Below are positions 56,458-64,000 of a stretch of DNA of 64,000 nt, piece after piece. Position numbers and translations under genes: made by a program. Each line of letters starts with the position of its first letter. The stretch's first letter is position 1. The notes beneath the pieces were generated by a model. That model was not told where the DNA came from, did no database searches, and worked only from the letters and a program-made list of their open reading frames with translations. Where the stretch lies: positions 59,004 through 123,003 of the forward strand of contig JACQIB010000002.1 of the NCBI GenBank assembly GCA_016198755.1. Reading direction: 5' to 3'. Origin of the DNA: Candidatus Aenigmatarchaeota archaeon (GTDB lineage: Archaea; Aenigmatarchaeota; Aenigmatarchaeia; Aenigmatarchaeales; JACQIB01).

Positions 56458-57087
56458 ATGGTGCTGGAGTTTATTGTAAACTGGGCCTTAGAATCTATAG
56501 CTGCTTCTGGTTATATGGGAGTCTTTCTTTTGATGGTTCTAGAATCTGCGTTGATGCCTGTTCCAAGCGAGGTTGTAATGCCTTTTGCAGGTTTTGCAGC
56601 TTATCAAGGAAAGCTTGACTTCTGGACTGTTGTACTTGCTGGTGGACTGGGAAATTTAATTGGTTCATGGATAGCTTATTGGGCTGGTTTGCATGGCGGC
56701 CGCAGGTTCCTTGGAAAATATGGCCATTATTTCCTTATCAAAATGGATCATTTAGACCTTGCTGAAAACTGGTTCACAAAATATGGAAAAAGCACAGCTT
56801 TCTTTTCAAGGCTAATGCCAGTTGTGCGCACTTTCATTTCTTTGCCCGCAGGTATAGGGAAAATGAATTTTACACAGTTTTCCTTTTATACAGTAACAGG
56901 TTCCATGATTTGGTCAGCTCTGTTAACCTATATAGGCTTTTATCTCGGTCCTTCATGGGAGAGCATACTTTCAATTTTCCATGAGCTGGATATTGTTGTA
57001 GCTGTTGGCGCAGCTGCTGTAATCTCCTATATAATATACAGACATTACAGAAAACGCCAGCACAAACAGCTTAGCCTAATAGGTTAG
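56458..57087 (+). CDS. DedA-family membrane protein
   Basis: LES..P.PSE..MPFAG, F..RLMPVVRTFIS.PAG. Confidence 0.93.
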   Translation: MVLEFIVNWALESIAASGYMGVFLLMVLESALMPVPSEVVMPFAGFAAYQGKLDFWTVVLAGGLGNLIGSWIAYWAGLHGGRRFLGKYGHYFLIKMDHLDLAENWFTKYGKSTAFFSRLMPVVRTFISLPAGIGKMNFTQFSFYTVTGSMIWSALLTYIGFYLGPSWESILSIFHELDIVVAVGAAAVISYIIYRHYRKRQHKQLSLIG

Positions 57088-57803
57088 AGTGAAACCACAA
57101 TATTCTCTATTGCAGTTTTTCTCCCTTTCAAAATTCCAACAACTCCTGCTATTAGGAAAACGGCACTCAATCCCAGAAGAACAGGAACCAAATAGTCGGG
57201 AGCAATATTTATTGCAGAACTTATTTTTGTTGTTGTGGCTGTAACATTTTCCACAGCCTTTTCAGCAGCAGCTTGCAGCGTTGTAGTTGTTGTTTGAATA
57301 ACAGTTGTAGTTACATTAACCGGTCCTCCAGCTGCAGTAACCACACCAGATTGTGTATTAACCTCATGTGCAGGAGATGTGGTTGTTACAATTTTTGCCA
57401 AAGTTGTTGTAGTGCTTTCAACATCAACTCCTTCCAATGCTTTGGCTTTTTCAGCAAACGGTGCTGAAAGTGAAGATAATGAGGAAAAGAACCTTGCAGC
57501 CCCCCCGAATGCAAAAACAACCCCTAATGCAAGAACAATAACAAACTGCGTTGGAAACCTTGGTTTTATCAATGACTGCCCCTTCTCCGTTAATTCATAA
57601 TATACCCACTTATGCCCTGTCTCAACCCTTTTAACAAGGCTGTTCTTTTCAAGTATATTCAAATGCTCTATTATTGTTGATCCTGATAGTCCCAAAGACT
57701 TTTGAAGTTCAGCAGGCATTTTCCTTCTCTCACTCAGATTTTTCAGTATATTCAGCCTGCTCTCAGAAGCAAGGGCCTTTATTGTTTCCCTGTCTATCTC
57801 CAT
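57084..57803 (-). CDS. ArsR-like wHTH regulator with TM, Thr-rich loop and second TM
   Basis: KALASESR..IL..L..EL..LGLS.STI.EHL..L..KWVYYELT.KG, then TM / Thr-rich / TM. Confidence 0.85.
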   Translation of the reverse strand: MEIDRETIKALASESRLNILKNLSERRKMPAELQKSLGLSGSTIIEHLNILEKNSLVKRVETGHKWVYYELTEKGQSLIKPRFPTQFVIVLALGVVFAFGGAARFFSSLSSLSAPFAEKAKALEGVDVESTTTTLAKIVTTTSPAHEVNTQSGVVTAAGGPVNVTTTVIQTTTTTLQAAAEKAVENVTATTTKISSAINIAPDYLVPVLLGLSAVFLIAGVVGILKGRKTAIENIVVSL

Positions 57804-57898
57804 GAAGATTTTATTCGGCCGCAGGCTTATAAAAGGTACCAGAATTGTTCGGGCAAAACCGATTAAAATACAGCCCTTATAAATGGCTTTTCAGAACA

Positions 57899-60067
57899 AT
57901 GAAAAGTATGGAAGAAAAAATCGCAGCTTTATTTGGAATCGTGATTGTAGTATCTGCAATTTTTGTTGCTGCAATCCAGTTAAAGCCGGTTTCAGAGCCC
58001 TCCATAGAGGAGAAGCTCGCAACCTCTTACAATAACCTAATTTCCTTTATTAAAAACGCAGCCAACAAAACAGCAGAGCCTGAAATAAAGGAAGTTACAT
58101 TCGAATCCTACTCAGCACTTGCAACTTTCCTAAAAGACAGAAGGTCAAACTACGGAGGCGGATTTTATCCATTCGCCGGATCCCCATTTGCCAGTGCTAT
58201 GGGTGCTTCAAAGATGGCAATAACTCAAACTTCATCTGTTACAGAATCTTCTGCAGACTACTCCAGAACAAACATACAGGTTGAGGGTGTGGATGAGCCA
58301 GATATTGTAAAGACTGATGGAAAGTACATATACAAAATTTCAGACAACTCAGTCTATATACTGAATTCAAACCCCCTTTCTATTGTTTCAAAAATAGCTG
58401 TTAATGGAAACCCAAACAACATTTTTATAAGTGAAGGAAAGATTTTTGTTTTTGGCAGCAGATCACAGACTAAACCAATGGAAAAGAGAATTGCAGGTGC
58501 TGGGGCAATGATAACCGACTATTGGGTGCCTCAAATATACGAGACTTTCCTGTCAATATACGATGTTTCAAACCCATCAGAGCCAAAACTCCTGAAAGAT
58601 ATATCCCTTCCCGGAAATTATTTTGATGCAAGGATGGCGAAAGGCTACATTTACGCTGTTGTAAACCAACAGGTCCCCTATTCTGATAATCCTAACCTAC
58701 CTGTTATAAGTTCTAACAATGGAAACGAAACAATACAGCCAGATAAGATAGCCTACTTCCCTGAGGATTCCCCCTCTTACAACTATCAATATACTTTCAT
58801 AATTTCCCTAAACACAAATACTCTCGAAGAACAAAAGAGAGTCTTTTTGTTGGGCACAGGCCAAACTCTCTATTCCTCTGAGGAAAACATGTATATTGTT
58901 TCCACAAAGTACATTACAGAGCTTGAAAGGACAAAAGTTATTTTTGAAAAGGCAATATTTCCCACAATACCCTCTCTAAAAGAAAAACTGGAGGAAATTG
59001 ACAATAACAAGAATATATCTGCCTCAGGCAGGTTGGCATCCTACCAGAAGGTTTTCACAGATTACTTATCCAGCCTACTGCCTGAGGATAAAAAAACCAT
59101 TGAAAACCTTATACAAGAGAAAACAAAGGATGTTTTCAATGAGCTGGAAAAACAGAGAGAAAGAACTCTTATAAGGAAAATCTCCCTTGAGAGTGGAGCT
59201 GTAAAACTTGCAGCTGAAGGTGAAGTATCAGGAATAGTACTGAACCAGTTTTCAATGGACGAGTTTGAAGGCAACTTCAGGATAGCAACCACAACAGGGG
59301 ATGCGAGATCTGGCAGTTCTGAGAATCACCTATATGTTTTGGACAGCAAATTAAACATTGTTGGAAAGATTGAAGGGTTAGCACAGGGGGAAAAGATTTA
59401 CTCTACCCGTTTTATGGGAAAGAAAGCCTATCTGGTAACATTCAAGAAAGTGGACCCGCTATTTGTGCTTGACTTAAGCAATCCAACAGATCCAAAGGTT
59501 CTGGGAAAGCTGAAAATCCCAGGCTATTCAGACTACTTACATCCGTATGACGAGAACCATTTGATTGGAATAGGAAAGGATGCTGTTGATTCAGGACAAG
59601 GAAATTTTGCCTGGTACCAAGGACTTAAACTATCTTTGTTTGATGTTTCAGATTTGGAAAATCCAAAGGAGGTTGCAAACTTCAAGATAGGCGACCGCGG
59701 CTCTGAATCAGAGGCTTTGCACGACCATAAAGCCTTCCTTTTTGACAGGCAGAAGAATCTTTTAGTCTTGCCAGTATCAGTTGCCAAAATAAACCCAGAG
59801 GATTATCCAAACTCAGTCCAAGCAAATACATACGGCCACACAGTTTTCACAGGAGCTTATGTTTTCAATCTTACTCCAGAATCTGGTTTTGTTTTGCGCG
59901 GCAGCATATCCCACTTACAAGACCAGATACACCGCTCCCTGTATATTGGAAACACTCTTTACACAGTTTCCAATGACATGGTAAAAGCTAACTCCCTGCT
60001 AGATCTGAAAGAAACCGGCAGCCAAAGGCTTGCAGCAGAAGTATATAATTTACCATACGAAAAATAA
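57899..60067 (+). CDS. secreted beta-propeller protein (COG4880-like)
   Basis: YS.TNIQV.GVDE.DIVKTDG, LNQFSMDE..G.FRIATT, GE.IYS.RF, DPLFV.DL, G.LKIPGYS.YLHP. Confidence 0.9.
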   Translation: MKSMEEKIAALFGIVIVVSAIFVAAIQLKPVSEPSIEEKLATSYNNLISFIKNAANKTAEPEIKEVTFESYSALATFLKDRRSNYGGGFYPFAGSPFASAMGASKMAITQTSSVTESSADYSRTNIQVEGVDEPDIVKTDGKYIYKISDNSVYILNSNPLSIVSKIAVNGNPNNIFISEGKIFVFGSRSQTKPMEKRIAGAGAMITDYWVPQIYETFLSIYDVSNPSEPKLLKDISLPGNYFDARMAKGYIYAVVNQQVPYSDNPNLPVISSNNGNETIQPDKIAYFPEDSPSYNYQYTFIISLNTNTLEEQKRVFLLGTGQTLYSSEENMYIVSTKYITELERTKVIFEKAIFPTIPSLKEKLEEIDNNKNISASGRLASYQKVFTDYLSSLLPEDKKTIENLIQEKTKDVFNELEKQRERTLIRKISLESGAVKLAAEGEVSGIVLNQFSMDEFEGNFRIATTTGDARSGSSENHLYVLDSKLNIVGKIEGLAQGEKIYSTRFMGKKAYLVTFKKVDPLFVLDLSNPTDPKVLGKLKIPGYSDYLHPYDENHLIGIGKDAVDSGQGNFAWYQGLKLSLFDVSDLENPKEVANFKIGDRGSESEALHDHKAFLFDRQKNLLVLPVSVAKINPEDYPNSVQANTYGHTVFTGAYVFNLTPESGFVLRGSISHLQDQIHRSLYIGNTLYTVSNDMVKANSLLDLKETGSQRLAAEVYNLPYEK

Positions 60068-60075
60068 CAAATTAT

Positions 60076-62505
60076 TTATTTGCATTTAATTTCAGGGGTG
60101 GAAGCTGAATAACTAGTGCCTGGCCTCTTGACACTTACAGTTCGTCCCGACCAACTATGATCTGCATCCTGAAACATTGACCACTGAGTAGTTTCAGGGT
60201 CGCCCGGCCTTCTTTTACAGTAAGTTGTCGTGTCTGTGTTAGATTTAGATTCTAATGTTCCCCAAGAATCGCATTTTATTGAAGTTATCCAATATTCTGT
60301 TATAGTATCACCTACTGGCCCGCTTGCAGTACCAGTTGCAGTTAACTCATAGTTTGTGTATTGGCCGGTTGAGGTCTTGAAAGTTTTTGGAGTGCAAGTT
60401 TTGCTTGTTAGGCTAATTTTTTCTACAACAGGTGGTAGTGTTGTAGTTGTAGTGGTTGTTGTCGCATCGAATTTGGCGTGTACTGTCTCATCCTTTGTCA
60501 TGTTACGTATCAAGCACGCTATATCTGTTGGTTTATAGTTTACAAAATCACATGGTCCTGACCAGCGGTCAAACGTTGAGCCATAATCAGGCTTGGCAAC
60601 AAGACTCACTAAATTGGCACCTATACTTTTATCATTGTCATCAAAGGATAATTCAGCTGAACAATCATCGCCGCAGCTTATTTCAAACTTTGGCGGGTTG
60701 GTTACATAGCCTGTACCAGCACCATCCTTTACTACAGTAAGAGTATATTTTCGCAGTTTTCCGAAAGTTGCTGTAACTTGTATGTCCGAGTCCATTGTTA
60801 CTTTACATGCACTGCCAGTTGTAACACATCCGCCTGCCCAATCTGAAAATACAGATCCCTCATCTGCCTTCGAACCCAATCCTACAATTTGACTTTCATT
60901 ATAGGTAAAGACACACGGCGCAGGTCCAGGACATATTTCCGCATTCTCGGCACCGCTTTCTGCAGTCACAAGCGCTACACCTCCAGTTCCGGTGCCAGCA
61001 AAGTTAATTGTCAGAGTACGGGTTTTGATTTTAGCTACTCGATTGGTAGTTGCAGGCCCCTGTCCTGTAGTTGTTGGTTGATCTTTCTGTGTTATAATTA
61101 ATCTAGCAAGTTTGCAATCTGATTCTCCAACAGAATCCACAACACATACTTCAAACACGTAAGTTCCAGCTGTTGTGGATTCACCAATAACTGAACCATC
61201 AAAACTTAGACCCATTCCAAATGGAGGAGTGCTGCTTCTAAAAGATCCAAATCTAAAATAGTATGGTTTTGTCCCACCAGTAGCACTTGCTATATTGGCA
61301 TTACATTTTTCATTTTCCACGCAAGTAACAGTTGAAGTTGTTATGACCGGAGCCTGTCCTCTAATGATTATACGAATCTCAATCTCATGGATTTCTCCTG
61401 TAGAATCTGTGACTACGACAGTAAATGGAGGTGTTATTTTTGATGTAGTTCCACGATCCAAAGCCGGAGCTGTTCCAGAAAGAACGCCGCTTTCACCAAG
61501 TGTAAATCCATTGGGAATTGCTGAGCCTTCTTTTACAGTCCATGTGTAAGGAGGTTTTCCACCCTTAGAAAATAGATGATAAGAATTAAAACTGTTAGCC
61601 ACCCATACATAAGATGATGGTGCATCAATATAGAATTTTGGATCAGCTGAAACAGGTTTTGTAGCAATTGAAAAATCTTTCAGATTTGTTGCATCATTAT
61701 CAGATTTTATGAATTTATCTACTCCATCTTGCAATCTTTCAAGACCAGTTGAAGCAGAAACATCGACCTTCTTGCCCGTAGAATCTTTCATTTCAATATC
61801 CTTATCATTTTCCTTCCCATCTAACGTTCCATCTGACCAGTCATTTACGAGTGCATTTTCCAGATCAAGAGGATTGACATCAAGATCATTTGCCTGTTGT
61901 GATAAACCTGCAAGCAGAACACCGTACTCTCTTTGTTCGCGGCTCCCAAGTAATACACTGTCAGGATCATTAGCAGCCACAGGTGGTGTGTTTACTATAT
62001 CAATACGATACTGTTGGGAAACAATTCTGTTTGCAAAATTAACAGCATCCACTGTTTTTGTACCCTTTTTTATCTTGTTTATTGCAAGCTTTGTTGCCAT
62101 ATTTGTAAATGGTGTAACAGAAGCCTGCGTTAAATTAGAAGTCATAACCGTACTCATCACATCAGTGTCAGATAATTGAACAGTTGAGTTTGTGGCTTCA
62201 TCTCTATAAAATCCTCCTACAGATTCTATCAGTATTATAGGTGGAGAATTCTGTGGCAAAGACATGTAAACATTTCCGTTTGGAGATGAACCGATAGGCC
62301 CGGCAATCAAGCTACCTTTGGTCCCATCATCATTTAACGTATAGGCACTGACAGTTGCATCAAAAATTAGGCCTTTGGCAACTGTAACTATGAGAGATGT
62401 TTGACCAGTGGCAGATGTGGATGTGCTTTGGTTCGTGCAACCAGCAATCAGAACAAGAGAAACTATTGCAGCACCAATGAAAAATTGTGTTGCACCAATT
62501 TTCAT
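60076..62505 (-). CDS. large surface lipoprotein/adhesin with Ig-like and InlB-B-repeat-like domains
   Basis: lipobox IAGC; GG.PPY.W..G.L.GT Ig repeats; GTG.G.V..F..W.G.C..V.A.F repeats. Confidence 0.78.
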   Translation of the reverse strand: MKIGATQFFIGAAIVSLVLIAGCTNQSTSTSATGQTSLIVTVAKGLIFDATVSAYTLNDDGTKGSLIAGPIGSSPNGNVYMSLPQNSPPIILIESVGGFYRDEATNSTVQLSDTDVMSTVMTSNLTQASVTPFTNMATKLAINKIKKGTKTVDAVNFANRIVSQQYRIDIVNTPPVAANDPDSVLLGSREQREYGVLLAGLSQQANDLDVNPLDLENALVNDWSDGTLDGKENDKDIEMKDSTGKKVDVSASTGLERLQDGVDKFIKSDNDATNLKDFSIATKPVSADPKFYIDAPSSYVWVANSFNSYHLFSKGGKPPYTWTVKEGSAIPNGFTLGESGVLSGTAPALDRGTTSKITPPFTVVVTDSTGEIHEIEIRIIIRGQAPVITTSTVTCVENEKCNANIASATGGTKPYYFRFGSFRSSTPPFGMGLSFDGSVIGESTTAGTYVFEVCVVDSVGESDCKLARLIITQKDQPTTTGQGPATTNRVAKIKTRTLTINFAGTGTGGVALVTAESGAENAEICPGPAPCVFTYNESQIVGLGSKADEGSVFSDWAGGCVTTGSACKVTMDSDIQVTATFGKLRKYTLTVVKDGAGTGYVTNPPKFEISCGDDCSAELSFDDNDKSIGANLVSLVAKPDYGSTFDRWSGPCDFVNYKPTDIACLIRNMTKDETVHAKFDATTTTTTTTLPPVVEKISLTSKTCTPKTFKTSTGQYTNYELTATGTASGPVGDTITEYWITSIKCDSWGTLESKSNTDTTTYCKRRPGDPETTQWSMFQDADHSWSGRTVSVKRPGTSYSASTPEIKCK

Positions 62506-62549
62506 AAGTATTGATATGATGGTGGCAATATAAAGGTTTATTCTGTGTG

Positions 62550-64000
62550 TTAGATTTTCCTATTTATTTCATCTTTCAATTGTGATATAAACTCTTCTAC
62601 CTGCACCCCAAACTTAACCTTCCCATCTCTCCCACGCACAGCTATAGAGTTCTTCTCAACTTCCTTATCTCCAACAGTTACAGTATAAGGAACTTTCTGC
62701 ATCTGGCTATCCCTGACCTTATACTCAACAGTTGTGTTAGAATAGTCAGAGTCGACCCTTATCCCAGCTTCCAGCAGCTTTTGCTCTATTCCTTTAGCAA
62801 ATTCCATATGTTTATCAGAAACAGACAAAATTCTTACCTGTATCGGGGAAATCCAGAGCGGGAAAGCTCCAGCATAGTGTTCTATCAGTATCCCAATAAA
62901 CCTTTCCAGAGATCCGTAAATAGCTCTATGTACAACAACCGGAGTCTTTTCCTTCCCGTCCTTATCAGTATACTTTAAACCAAACCTTTTTGGCTGCTGG
63001 AAATCCAACTGTACTGTTCCTGTCTGCCATTCCCTACCTAGAACATCTGTCATGAGTATGTCTATTTTGGGTCCATAGAAAGCTCCATCCCCTTCTGCTA
63101 ATATATAGTTCCCTTTTCCAACTCTCTTTTCCAGTATTCTTTTAATGGAAGCTTCAGCTTTGTTCCAGCTTTCAATATCTCCCATAAACTTTTCAGGCCT
63201 TGTTCCAAGCCTGTATTTGTATTTCAATCCAAAAACTCCATAAAACAGCTCTGCAATCTCGAAAATCCTATCATATTCCTCTTCTATCTGCTCTTCTGTT
63301 ACAAAATTATGAGAGTCATCCTGCCTGAAACCCCTGACCCTAAACAATCCACCAAGAGTTCCAGAGAGTTCATATCTGTGTATTACATCAATATCTGAAA
63401 ATCTCAATGGCAGATCTCTGTAACTTCTTGTCTGAGAGGAGAAAATAATCATTGCATTAGGGCAGCCCATAGCTTTCAGCCCATAAACCTCATTCTTTCC
63501 CATATCAGCAATGAACATATCATTCTTGTAGTGTTCCCAATGTCCAGAGGTTTCCCAGAGCTCTTTCTTGTTTACAATAGGAGCTGAAATTTCCTTATAA
63601 CCCCTCTTTGCATGATCTGTGCGCCAGAATTCCATTAATTGATTGTACAGAATCATTCCATTTGGCAGCCAGTATGGTATACCAGGAGCAGTCTCATGGA
63701 AGAGAAACAATCCAAGCTTTGGACCGATATTGCGGTGGTCTCTTGCTTCAGCCATCTCCCTTATTTTCAAAAATCCATCCAGCTCTTTCTGTGTTCTAAA
63801 ACTAATACCATAAATCCTCTGCAACTGTTGCTTTGAGGAATCTCCCTTCCAATAGGCTGCAGCCAGTTTCAACAGTTTCACAGCCCCCACTCTCCCAGAG
63901 CTTGGAGAGTGCGGCCCTTCACACAAATCATAAAACTCTTTCCCAAGCCAGTAAACAGAAATCTGTCCTTTAATTTCCTTTATCAACTCCAGCTTGTATG
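62550..64000 (-). CDS. thrS: threonine--tRNA ligase, bacterial type (5' end outside window)
   Basis: DLCEGPH, AAYWKGD..LQRIYG, RDHR..G, SGHW.HY, K.M.CP, GAFYGPKID, HRAIYGSLERF. Confidence 0.95.
   Translation of the reverse strand, partial: YKLELIKEIKGQISVYWLGKEFYDLCEGPHSPSSGRVGAVKLLKLAAAYWKGDSSKQQLQRIYGISFRTQKELDGFLKIREMAEARDHRNIGPKLGLFLFHETAPGIPYWLPNGMILYNQLMEFWRTDHAKRGYKEISAPIVNKKELWETSGHWEHYKNDMFIADMGKNEVYGLKAMGCPNAMIIFSSQTRSYRDLPLRFSDIDVIHRYELSGTLGGLFRVRGFRQDDSHNFVTEEQIEEEYDRIFEIAELFYGVFGLKYKYRLGTRPEKFMGDIESWNKAEASIKRILEKRVGKGNYILAEGDGAFYGPKIDILMTDVLGREWQTGTVQLDFQQPKRFGLKYTDKDGKEKTPVVVHRAIYGSLERFIGILIEHYAGAFPLWISPIQVRILSVSDKHMEFAKGIEQKLLEAGIRVDSDYSNTTVEYKVRDSQMQKVPYTVTVGDKEVEKNSIAVRGRDGKVKFGVQVEEFISQLKDEINRKI

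Noticed and set aside
1-64000. CRISPR array, rRNA, integrase, transposase or prophage
   Set aside because: No regularly spaced repeat-spacer units, rRNA-like tracts or recombinase/transposase motifs were seen. The Cas2-like ORF has no cas neighbours.

Overview
Archaeal chromosomal DNA. Markers include RadB, Cdc48, histones, Nop5/fibrillarin, eS17, aMBF1, PINA, TATA-box promoters, GAGGTGA ribosome-binding sites and BHB-type tRNA introns. The compact layout, shortened enzymes, ORFans and tRNAs with non-canonical introns suggest a DPANN-type lineage (inference). The window holds about 65 protein genes for translation (IleRS, HisRS, CysRS, bacterial-type ThrRS, ThiI, Map), DNA repair (RadB, Ogg, HhH-GPD glycosylase, Lhr, NreA, PINA), proteostasis, redox and surface lipoproteins. 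It also has six tRNAs with encoded CCA, five of them interrupted by seven introns in total. No CRISPR array, rRNA, integrase or transposase was seen. Main observations: (1) an ADP-forming acyl-CoA synthetase alpha/beta pair in which both phospho-histidines are lost while the ORFs stay intact, a candidate repurposed pseudoenzyme; (2) a perfect 17-bp palindrome shared by the promoters of a Cys-containing HTH regulator and a Rieske ferredoxin 38 kb apart, a candidate Fe-S regulon; (3) Cdc48 and the DUF3467-like gene after it both end in S-[RK]-Y-I-G, a candidate proteasome-cofactor operon; (4) an AbrB / unknown enzyme / amidohydrolase cassette with a direct repeat; (5) two small genes missing from the ORF track, a short histone variant and a stand-alone TFIIB-type zinc ribbon. 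All family calls come from recognising motifs by eye; no database searches were run.
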